A stretch of 64,000 bases of DNA from a virus. Below are positions 36,898-44,123 of this stretch, in pieces. Position 1 is the stretch's first letter; each line of letters starts with the position of its first letter. The stretch lies in IMG/VR virus record IMGVR_UViG_3300008267_000018, positions 1 to 64,000 of that record. The stretch is one strand, 5' to 3'. The notes beneath the pieces are model-generated. The model searched no databases. It was not told the origin of the DNA and was given only the letters and a program-made list of their open reading frames with translations. The translations under genes were made by a program, and so were the position numbers.

Positions 36898-37095
36898 TTA
36901 CACCTGTGTGAGTTGTTTGGCCTGGGCAAACTGACCTTCAGGCCCATACTTCTGGACAAGGTCAGGGAATGCATCAAGCAAACGCTGCCGATTCTTTGGA
37001 TCAGCAAAGCGTAGTGCTTGTGCAATTGAGGATACAAATGATCCGCCATAGCTGTCCATGCGGGCAATCATGGCGTGTAGCTCAGTGCTGTTCAT
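36898..37095 (-). CDS. Hypothetical protein
   Basis: YGGSFVSSIAQA..ADPKN..L..AFPD. Confidence 0.65.
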   Translation of the reverse strand: MNSTELHAMIARMDSYGGSFVSSIAQALRFADPKNRQRLLDAFPDLVQKYGPEGQFAQAKQLTQV

Positions 37096-37115
37096 GAGTT
37101 TAGGTTGAGTTGGAA

Positions 37116-37143
37116 TGGATGAGTTTAAGGACATCCCAGGTCC
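37116..37143 (-). promoter_or_regulatory. 5'-UTR pseudoknot, copy 6
   Basis: GGAC-CUGGGAU-GUCC-UUAAAC-UCAUCCA. Confidence 0.7.
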
Positions 37144-37148
37144 TTGGA

Positions 37149-37346
37149 TCAGAACAACTTGATGTTGCGTTTACTCAAGCCTGTGCCAGGCAATGAGATA
37201 GATCCACGTACACCAGATTCTCTGGCGTTAAGTGTTACCTGGAATGGTCCAAGTTGAATCGACTTAGTAAACGATTTGATTCCATGTTCAGTGACATTGA
37301 ATCCAGCAATTGTCTTGTCAAAGTTAATGGGTGACTTGTCAGTCAT
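37149..37346 (-). CDS. DUF4236-like small protein
   Basis: KSIQLGPFQVTL..SISLPGTGLS. Confidence 0.55.
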   Translation of the reverse strand: MTDKSPINFDKTIAGFNVTEHGIKSFTKSIQLGPFQVTLNARESGVRGSISLPGTGLSKRNIKLF

Positions 37347-37683
37347 CGAGTTGCTCCAGTGCTTTACGAATGATGTCGTAAGTGACATCATCAATCTTGT
37401 CTCTGTTGTATACATCGCCAAGTTCAATTAACGCTTGCTCCTTTAAGCTTGGCGGCCTGGGGCGGCGGGCGGCGCGGAGTGATGGGATGAGAGCGCAGTG
37501 AGTTACTAGGTTTTGGCAGCGCAGCCACTCACAACACGCCTCTAGCTCCTGATCGGCGCCCCAGCGGGCGGCTTGGGTGGCGATGAAATCTACAAGTCCA
37601 TCATGTTTGACCTTGGCATCAATCCAAGAATCGTGCCACTGCTCCACCAGTTCCGGCGGTGGGGTAATTGGATGGTCAGTCAT
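37339..37683 (-). CDS. Dispersed paralog of the ITPPPEL/WGADQ family
   Basis: MTDHPITPPPELVEQW..AARWGADQELEAC..PPSLKEQAL. Confidence 0.7.
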   Translation of the reverse strand: MTDHPITPPPELVEQWHDSWIDAKVKHDGLVDFIATQAARWGADQELEACCEWLRCQNLVTHCALIPSLRAARRPRPPSLKEQALIELGDVYNRDKIDDVTYDIIRKALEQLDD

Positions 37684-37975
37684 CGTAGGAATCCTCGTGA
37701 CAAAGAATGAATTTTAATTCGAAATACTCCGAATCGCTATTGTCTTTGGAATGGTACTTGGCTTCGAATCCACCAGATCCAACACATGTTTCCTTGATGG
37801 ATTCATTTAATAAATGACGTGCCCTTGCTTTAAGTCTTTGCAATGTTGGCAATGAGTATCCATTGCCTGCCGTTGTTTGCCATTGCCAGTCAAGTGCTGT
37901 CATGGCAATCAATACTTTTTCAAAGTTGAATTTGTCAATGATCTCATCGATCATTTCCTTCTGATCAGGAGTCAT
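37676..37975 (-). CDS. Hypothetical protein
   Basis: FNFEKV..M.ALDWQW..GSGGF. Confidence 0.6.
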   Translation of the reverse strand: MTPDQKEMIDEIIDKFNFEKVLIAMTALDWQWQTTAGNGYSLPTLQRLKARARHLLNESIKETCVGSGGFEAKYHSKDNSDSEYFELKFILCHEDSYDD

Positions 37976-38175
37976 TTGAGGTTGTCAGGTAGTAGTGCTT
38001 GGGTGTCTTCATCATCCATGTTTGTCATGATGAACTTTTGTCCATCGGGGGCAACAAAGCCCCCGATAAAACCAATGCCATGTTTATCTGCTGATTCTTT
38101 CATCTTGGCTACAAGCTGCATAGCTTGGAGTCGTTGAAGATCAATAGAGTCTGGGATGCGCAGGCTGTCAGACAT
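37972..38175 (-). CDS. Hypothetical protein
   Basis: 67 aa; ATGA coupling. Confidence 0.6.
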   Translation of the reverse strand: MSDSLRIPDSIDLQRLQAMQLVAKMKESADKHGIGFIGGFVAPDGQKFIMTNMDDEDTQALLPDNLK

Positions 38176-38280
38176 TTGATTAGTACGTGAGGTGAGTTGA
38201 GTGTGGTCACGGCAAGTCTACCAGGGTAGTCAAGCCATGACCAATGGTCTTAATGTTTCCTTAACCTTGCGGTAGGGCTG

Positions 38281-38751
38281 TTAGCTATGAAGTTCTTGGT
38301 GCTGACGCCATGCAGCTGTGTGCATTTCATCAGCAGTCAGTGGTGACTCACTGCCATAGCCAAGCTCTTCATCTGATGGTTCATAGTCAAGTTCATTGTC
38401 AAGCATGGGGATAATCTCATCATCCAGCATGGCAAGCATGGAGGGTGTGAGATGTTGATCCATTTCGTGACGTTTGCTCTCACGTTGAGAGATAGCTTTC
38501 AGTTCTTCGAGAATGTTGGCAAGCTTGTGGTACTCGTTAAGGTTGGTCTTGTGAGTAGTCATGGGTTGATTATTGGAAGATTGAGTAGTGATCTGGAACT
38601 TAATCAGTTCAGTTAGTCCAACAAGCCTGGTGATTACCAGGTCTTTGTTGTCATGAACTGTTGCATCATCTTTGAGTACTTCAGTTAATGCAAACAATGC
38701 ATCATGGATGAAAGTGATGTCTACTTCTGTGAAGGAGTACTGTTTAGTCAT
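38281..38751 (-). CDS. Hypothetical protein (possible second in-frame start MTTHK)
   Basis: CAACCC-ATG precedes both Met codons. Confidence 0.5.
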   Translation of the reverse strand: MTKQYSFTEVDITFIHDALFALTEVLKDDATVHDNKDLVITRLVGLTELIKFQITTQSSNNQPMTTHKTNLNEYHKLANILEELKAISQRESKRHEMDQHLTPSMLAMLDDEIIPMLDNELDYEPSDEELGYGSESPLTADEMHTAAWRQHQELHS

Positions 38752-38840
38752 GGGTTGGTAAGTGAATGAATGGTGTGTAGTACAGAGGCATCTCTTATAG
38801 ATTAAGGTGCACCTCTGGTACTTCTGTCGGGGGGTCTGGG

Positions 38841-39142
38841 GGGTAGGCCAGTAGTTATCTGGCAATACCCTTGATGAGTTTAAAAACAGTTGTGAGGCGT
38901 ACCTAGTTCTTTGATCAATCGCTCAAAGGAACAATTGACTCTTGTGCCGTTAACGACTGCATAGATGTTATCGCTGCCATAAGTTGTACGCAGTTCAGTT
39001 ATCTTATCTTCTGGTATAGCTAGAAGATGAGGTCTGCCATCTGAAGTAACTTGAGTGGTTTTGAAAACAAAAATTCTTTGTGGCATTGTGTTAATTACGT
39101 TGAGCTTAAATGGGTAGGCCAGTAGTTATCTGGCAATACCCT
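38841..39142. repeat. 31-bp direct repeats (38841-38871, 39112-39142) flanking ORF 38880-39086
   Basis: gggtaggccagtagttatctggcaataccct twice, identical. Confidence 0.9.
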
Positions 39143-39227
39143 GGTACTTACTGTTCGCTATTCGCAAATAGCGAATGTCAGCATAACGTTAGTGTTATGT
39201 GCCGTAGGTTAGATCAAGCCGAGAATC

Positions 39228-39770
39228 CTAAGCCAGGAGTTTACAACTGATTTCAGGCAATACATTTAATACTGAAAAATCTTTGTAAACATCTTTAACA
39301 AAGCAATTGTATTCATAGGCTAAACGAGCAGGGCATATGTGATGAGCAAGATGTTTAGACTTACCGTTTAGAGTAACGGTAGACCTAAATAAACCTCTTG
39401 TCTTGTGCCATGAAACCCCCTTGTAACCCGTAGTGTTACTAGATCTAAGTTTCATGTTTGCTGCGTTTTGAGATCTACTTGATAAACGTAGATTTTCAAT
39501 ACAGTTATTAGAACTATCTTGATCTATATGATCAACTTCATATTGACCAGGATCTGTACCTGTGGCCAGATAATAAACAATCCTGGCGCACTTATAGTTC
39601 TTTCCATTGATTTGAATTATAGATCGCTTGGATTTAAAATCATAGGCACCTGCCTGTTCACCAGGTTTGCATCGATTATTAAAGCTGTATTTAACAGCAA
39701 GACCAGTAGGAAAACTGGGGCAAAGTTCATAACGCTTTGCCACCAAATCGTAGTCAGGCATGTTGTGCAT
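39228..39770 (-). CDS. HNH-AP2 homing endonuclease
   Basis: VDHIDQDSSNNCIENLR..QN..N..SNTTGYKGV; AT-rich. Confidence 0.85.
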   Translation of the reverse strand: MHNMPDYDLVAKRYELCPSFPTGLAVKYSFNNRCKPGEQAGAYDFKSKRSIIQINGKNYKCARIVYYLATGTDPGQYEVDHIDQDSSNNCIENLRLSSRSQNAANMKLRSSNTTGYKGVSWHKTRGLFRSTVTLNGKSKHLAHHICPARLAYEYNCFVKDVYKDFSVLNVLPEISCKLLA

Positions 39771-39772
39771 AA

Positions 39773-40132
39773 TTAAATCAATCCAAGAATTGATAACCAA
39801 GAATCTACGTGGTCTGGTTCGACTTCGTCACTGCAGGGAGTGAGGCAGGTGCTGTCGAACGTGTACTCCTCGATCTCTTCGTTGGTTGGGATGTCGTACC
39901 ATCCTTCGAGATCTTCCTTGTCCTGGGCTGAGTAGTTACCACCGGCTGGGATCCAGTAGCACCTGAGGATTCCACGCTTGGTTCTGTAGACATTACCAGT
40001 GCAGGCGATGGCGCCTTTGGGTGCGTCCTGAAAGTCTGTCTCTGCTTGGAACTGCTGGTTACCTTCGTCTTCGTCGAAGGCTTCGTAGCCGAGTGCGTCT
40101 GCGATGAGCAGTTGTTCAGGTTGAAGAGACAT
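39773..40132 (-). CDS. Acidic hypothetical protein (target of the HNH insertion)
   Basis: 119 aa ending VEPDHVDSWLSILGLI. Confidence 0.65.
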   Translation of the reverse strand: MSLQPEQLLIADALGYEAFDEDEGNQQFQAETDFQDAPKGAIACTGNVYRTKRGILRCYWIPAGGNYSAQDKEDLEGWYDIPTNEEIEEYTFDSTCLTPCSDEVEPDHVDSWLSILGLI

Positions 40133-40286
40133 GAGATGAGATCTCCGATGAGTGTGATTGAGATTGAGATGAGTGTGATCAGGACAATGGCGATGTCGTC
40201 AACAATGTCGACCTGCTGTTGATTAGCAGTTGATGTCGGCACAGTTGACGAGTTGTCCTTAGTACGTTGAGTTGATTTGGTCATGG

Positions 40287-40430
40287 TTAATCACCGTGGT
40301 AAGTGGATGGGTAGTCAGTGGTATCCCAATCAGATTGATTGGATTCACGCATGGCTTGCTCCTGCTCATAGGCAATGTCTGCCATAGCATCAAGCAAGTC
40401 TGCGTTGTAGTTCTGATCAAGTTGAGTCAT
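40287..40430 (-). CDS. 47-aa acidic peptide
   Basis: MTQLDQNYNADLLDAMADIAYEQEQ..; preceded by a pseudoknot leader. Confidence 0.5.
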   Translation of the reverse strand: MTQLDQNYNADLLDAMADIAYEQEQAMRESNQSDWDTTDYPSTYHGD

Positions 40431-40452
40431 GGTCTGAGTTGAGATGGAACGG

Positions 40453-40480
40453 TGAGCAGTTTAAGGACATGCTCAGGTCC
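40453..40480 (-). promoter_or_regulatory. 5'-UTR pseudoknot, copy 7
   Basis: GGAC-CUGAGCAU-GUCC-UUAAAC-UGCUCA (perfect 6-bp P2). Confidence 0.85.
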
Positions 40481-40498
40481 ATACGTAGTACTGATGTA

Positions 40499-40873
40499 CT
40501 ACCTCATGAGTCTGTTCTTGAAGTTGGGGATATATACATTGTCTTGGCACGGTTCCTTATAGGACCTGTACGTGACAATTGCATAGATGGCCGCTGGTGT
40601 CATGTCGTATGCCCTGGCAATAAACCCAATTGATTCATTGTATTTAGCACGGGCACGAATGTCATTGACCTGGGCATCACTAAGGAAGCCACGGTAGCGT
40701 CCACGTTTGATTGGGTCTTCCTTGAGGGGAGGACGTTGCCTCACTCTACGGATGACCTTAGTCATTGATATGGGACTGCAGTTGACAATGCTAGCGATCA
40801 GATCGTAGCGATAACCTTTGCAACGCAGATCCCAAATCTGGTCTTCTTTCAGGATAGAAATGCGTGATTTCAT
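40499..40873 (-). CDS. Tandem HTH DNA-binding protein
   Basis: Two repeats L.EDQI.DLR..IA and LSDAQVNDIR..IARAY. Confidence 0.65.
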   Translation of the reverse strand: MKSRISILKEDQIWDLRCKGYRYDLIASIVNCSPISMTKVIRRVRQRPPLKEDPIKRGRYRGFLSDAQVNDIRARAKYNESIGFIARAYDMTPAAIYAIVTYRSYKEPCQDNVYIPNFKNRLMR

Positions 40874-40895
40874 TGGATTTGAGTTGAGTTGTTGG

Positions 40896-40923
40896 TGAGT
40901 AGTTTAAGGACATGCTCAGGTCC
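40896..40923 (-). promoter_or_regulatory. 5'-UTR pseudoknot, copy 8
   Basis: GGAC-CUGAGCAU-GUCC-UUAAAC-UACUCA. Confidence 0.8.
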
Positions 40924-41034
40924 ATCTAATACTTGGAATCTTAATAACCGTTGTTTATCAAAGATCTTAATAACTAAACAGCCATTACTTTGGTGCTGGC
41001 TGTTCGGGTGGGGGTCTGGGGGTAAACCTAGTGC

Positions 41035-41376
41035 TTATCTTATGTATAGGTATGAACCTGCATAATCACAGTTGTGTAGGCAGGTTTCAAATGATTGATC
41101 ATCCAGTAGTTGGTACCGTGCATGTTCCGCTGGTGCTTTCCATGATGCAGGCTTATAGATAGTCCCTGTCTGTCTTGCGACAAATGCATGGACTGATCTG
41201 CCTTCATACCTGGTACCAGGACTAGAGACATGGATGATCTTGTAGTACTTAACCCCTCGCTTAACTTCGAAAGCTACGGGGCTACTGTGCTGTTTGTAGA
41301 ACTTATCTTGGAGAGTCTCGCAGAGTTGTTGGATGCGATCCTCGATAAGCTTGGTGTTAGCGCTTAGTGTTGTCAT
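41035..41376 (-). CDS. Conserved phage hypothetical protein
   Basis: G.KYYKI..SVHAFV..TG.IYKPASWKAPA..ARY. Confidence 0.7.
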   Translation of the reverse strand: MTTLSANTKLIEDRIQQLCETLQDKFYKQHSSPVAFEVKRGVKYYKIIHVSSPGTRYEGRSVHAFVARQTGTIYKPASWKAPAEHARYQLLDDQSFETCLHNCDYAGSYLYIR

Positions 41377-41554
41377 GTTGTTGAGTAGGAGTTGGGTTGG
41401 TGATATCAATGCCGACTACAGCAGTTGCTGTGAAGCCAGCAATGATAAGTGATAGGGCTGCCACACAGATCTTACTAAGGCGAGTCTCATGAGACGCATA
41501 GTAAGAATCAAGGTGGACAAATTGCCCTGGTGCTAGACGAACGATGTGCTTCAT
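41357..41554 (-). CDS. Small membrane protein
   Basis: Single hydrophobic helix. Confidence 0.5.
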   Translation of the reverse strand: MKHIVRLAPGQFVHLDSYYASHETRLSKICVAALSLIIAGFTATAVVGIDITNPTPTQQHDNTKR

Positions 41555-41560
41555 TGGTTT

Positions 41561-41821
41561 TCAGTTGACTGCAAGGATGTACTTAACGCATACGTAGCTT
41601 GGCACTACGTAGTAGCTAGGAATCTCGTTGAGATAGTACCATTCACCCTTGTAGTCAAGAGATATGCAAGAGTTTTCGGTAACAAGCTGTAGTGCTTTGG
41701 CGCCTGTGGTGCACCAAACCATGTATACATTCTTGTCAAACAGCAGATAGTAATCATGCTCTTTGATGTCAAACTCTTTGAGTGCAGATTGAATTTGAAT
41801 GTGGTCAAGTGTGATTGGCAT
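41561..41821 (-). CDS. Hypothetical protein
   Basis: 86 aa; structured leader upstream. Confidence 0.5.
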   Translation of the reverse strand: MPITLDHIQIQSALKEFDIKEHDYYLLFDKNVYMVWCTTGAKALQLVTENSCISLDYKGEWYYLNEIPSYYVVPSYVCVKYILAVN

Positions 41822-41845
41822 AGAGATTCAACTGGGTTGAGTGTG

Positions 41846-41891
41846 TGCAGACGCTGAGGTCTGCAGTAAAGGCCCGAAGGCCCTTAGTGCA
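41846..41891 (-). promoter_or_regulatory. UNCG two-hairpin leader element, copy A
   Basis: UGCA-CU-AAGGGCC-UUCG-GGCCUUU-AC-UGCA plus a GCAGAC/GUCUGC hairpin. Confidence 0.6.
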
Positions 41892-41895
41892 AACG

Positions 41896-42093
41896 TCAAA
41901 GGTAACGCTTATCCAGGCAATAGTATGCATCGCCTATAAAGCTACGCATGTATACCAGTTGATGCCCTGCTTTCGCTGGGCAATGTTTGACGTAATAATT
42001 GTTGAGTAACTTCTGTGCTCCTACGGATAAGAGCATACCTGCTCCTACGCCCATAACCATGGCCAGCACAGGTGTTGCGAGTGAGTCTTTCAT
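41896..42093 (-). CDS. Small membrane protein
   Basis: N-terminal hydrophobic helix. Confidence 0.5.
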   Translation of the reverse strand: MKDSLATPVLAMVMGVGAGMLLSVGAQKLLNNYYVKHCPAKAGHQLVYMRSFIGDAYYCLDKRYL

Positions 42094-42132
42094 GTCAGTT
42101 GAGCTGAGGTTGATTGAGTGTGTTGAGAAGGA

Positions 42133-42405
42133 TCACATGCGTTGAAGCTTGCGCTCTAGTTCCATGTCAATGGAGTAATGATAGTAGTCTTCCATCTCCA
42201 TGAGCATCTCCTTCATACTTGTTGGTACGCCACCGCCAAGTGTACGTACGTCACGGTCTAGCCACTCTTGCCATTCGGCATCGGTGTCTGGGTCAAATGT
42301 ATTCCACAGCTTCTCAAAGTGAAGCTGGGTTGATTCGCCGCCATACCATGTGACGCGGTACTGTTGTTCGGCGGATGGTTTGTAGACCAGCTCAGGTGTT
42401 GTCAT
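42133..42405 (-). CDS. Hypothetical protein
   Basis: 90 aa. Confidence 0.55.
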   Translation of the reverse strand: MTTPELVYKPSAEQQYRVTWYGGESTQLHFEKLWNTFDPDTDAEWQEWLDRDVRTLGGGVPTSMKEMLMEMEDYYHYSIDMELERKLQRM

Positions 42406-42430
42406 TGTTGAGTTGAAGTAGCGTTGATGA

Positions 42431-42475
42431 CAGGATGTTGAGTCCTGCAGTAAAGGCCCGTAGACCCTTAGTGCA
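42431..42475 (-). promoter_or_regulatory. UNCG two-hairpin leader element, copy B
   Basis: UGCA-CU-AAGGGUC-UACG-GGCCUUU-AC-UGCA plus a CAGGA/UCCUG hairpin. Confidence 0.6.
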
Positions 42476-42728
42476 GAAGTCAGAGTTCAGGTTTAGGAGT
42501 AATGACGAATGCCACATCGTTAGGCATCAGTAGTGCTGCTGCCCTGATGCGGTATTCATTCAGCTTGGTGCTGACATACTCCTTAGATTTGTCACTCTCC
42601 AGCATTGCTGCTGTCGAGATGAGTGCATTGGCTAGTCCTTTGCGGATACCCATGTTGTGTTGTGTAGATGCCACTGAGTGTGGCAATTCCTGACCAGGGG
42701 ATTTGATCCCCCGGCATCACGCTTGTGA

Positions 42729-42920
42729 TCAGGCAAGCCAATTCTGGTAGATCCAGATACGGCACTCATCGTAATCAAGGTTGACGTTGGGGTCTTTGCA
42801 CATGGCAGAAGCCTGAGCCTCTACCCATGTGCAAACGTGGCAATCAACCATGACAGGCAGCTCGATGCCACATACTGTTGCAACGTAATCGCCCTGTTGA
42901 TTAAGTGAGATACAGTTCAT
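42729..42920 (-). CDS. Cys-rich hypothetical protein
   Basis: 63 aa; pseudoknot leader upstream. Confidence 0.5.
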   Translation of the reverse strand: MNCISLNQQGDYVATVCGIELPVMVDCHVCTWVEAQASAMCKDPNVNLDYDECRIWIYQNWLA

Positions 42921-42950
42921 GATGTTGAGGTGAGTTGATGTGGGTTTGAT

Positions 42951-42975
42951 GCTACGTTTAACGTCCAGCTTGACG
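42951..42975 (-). promoter_or_regulatory. 5'-UTR pseudoknot, copy 9 (divergent)
   Basis: CGUC-AAGCUG-GACG-UUAAAC-GUAGC. Confidence 0.55.
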
Positions 42976-43173
42976 TGTAATCCCGAGCTATTACATCGGA
43001 ATTAACTAGTATTATCAGGTAGCTATAGGATCACTGTCCTATTTGAACGCTGTGATAGCAAGGGGTTTGACCCTAAATAGCGCCCGAAATGTGTTGATTT
43101 GGTAACAAATAACAGGTATTGAGGGCTATATGAACCCCTGGTTGCCCAGGGGAATAGGTAACCGTCTACGAAG

Positions 43174-43482
43174 TCAGGCCTTCACCTTCGCGCGGAACAC
43201 ATACTTGTCCGCCTGCTTGGTGCAGTAGACAATATACGTGCGTGCTTCGTGATAACCTTCGCCGCAATAGGCTCCGTCTCGTTCTGCTTCCCAACATGCC
43301 TCGGCTTCTTCAAACCTCAGCCATGTTGATAGCGATACAATAACGTCTTGCGGCTTCACTCCATACCTACGGAGTTGCTGCTCTGTCATTGTTACACTCT
43401 TGCCATACCACAGGTGGCTGGCTACCATCTGGCAACGGTCGTCAAACTCGACAACCTTCTGCTCTTCCTTCGTCAGTTGCAT
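43174..43482 (-). CDS. Hypothetical protein
   Basis: 102 aa. Confidence 0.55.
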   Translation of the reverse strand: MQLTKEEQKVVEFDDRCQMVASHLWYGKSVTMTEQQLRRYGVKPQDVIVSLSTWLRFEEAEACWEAERDGAYCGEGYHEARTYIVYCTKQADKYVFRAKVKA

Positions 43483-43736
43483 TAGATTAGATGCGATTGG
43501 ACTCTGCGTTGTACGGATGCGCAGCCCCCGCTATTCCCCTCCTACATACCTAAACTTCTCAAGGGTATGCACCCTTTCTTTTTTTCTTTCCGGTATTTGT
43601 TTCGGAGGGGTTGTTGGAGAAGGCTCAGGAAAATCATTTACCTTTTTGGCCCTATAAGGGGCCATTTCGAAGTAAAAAAATTAAGTAATATTCAATCTTT
43701 GTGATGTTTTTACCTAGTTAGCCCAAGTTTTTACAC

Positions 43737-43762
43737 AAAAAAGCCGAGGTGTTATCCTCGGC
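43737..43762 (-). terminator. Intrinsic terminator
   Basis: Minus strand gccgagg-ataaca-cctcggc followed by a T-run. Confidence 0.7.
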
Positions 43763-43787
43763 GTATCAACTTATGTTTTCGTTATCT

Positions 43788-43994
43788 TTAGAAAGTATCC
43801 CTTGCGGCTTCTGCAGCACTTACAGCTTTAGCATATTGCTGCCAATCGGGCTTTTGACGGGCTAATTCACCCCTGGAACCCTGAATAAACGTACGTACTT
43901 CAATTGGATTAGCTCCTTCGCCAGCCATCTCTTCCGCTTTGGCCTTAATTGCCTTTAAAGCAACAATTCGTTGAGCCCTATCGTTTGCGTCCAT
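43788..43994 (-). CDS. Hypothetical protein
   Basis: 68 aa, followed by terminator. Confidence 0.55.
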   Translation of the reverse strand: MDANDRAQRIVALKAIKAKAEEMAGEGANPIEVRTFIQGSRGELARQKPDWQQYAKAVSAAEAARDTF

Positions 43995-44123
43995 TGTAAA
44001 AAATTAGTTTTTACCCCAATTGGGCGTTAAACTTTTTTGATTCCCTTAGTCTATAACATCTACTTTCTGCATAACACCACGTAAAATACAAATATCAAGA
44101 ATTTAGTAAGCAAATAGTTTCTA

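Noticed and set aside
29583-37134. ORF-track starts MSLNSF (29634), MTLNCP (36630) and MSLNSS (37134) suggesting a shared N-terminal peptide
   Set aside because: These AUGs lie inside the pseudoknot. In other copies the same AUG is out of frame or quickly followed by a stop, so the conservation is structural, not coding.
39805-40284. 159-aa ORF overlapping gene 39773-40132 by 328 nt as true overprinting
   Set aside because: The N-terminal hydrophobic part may be a real gene, but the overlapping tail is Ser/Thr/Pro-rich, as expected for an off-frame read of a C/A-rich strand; dual coding cannot be supported.
38829-41024. gggggtctggggg at about 38830 and 41010 as G-quadruplex or repeat element
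   Set aside because: Only two short low-complexity copies with too few G-runs; function unsupported.
41846-41891. Possible hammerhead ribozyme (ctgagg..cgaa)
   Set aside because: The CUGANGA/GAAA core and three-stem arrangement are not met on either strand.
21744-42975. Repeated motif read as a CRISPR array or type III antitoxin repeat array
   Set aside because: Copies are dispersed singly in 5' UTRs, not tandem with spacers; no cas or ToxN-like gene seen.
43092-43107. TGT-N10-ACA, NtcA/CRP-like site in the gap between early genes
   Set aside because: Reads GTT-N8-AAC rather than GTA-N8-TAC, single copy, no convincingly spaced -10.
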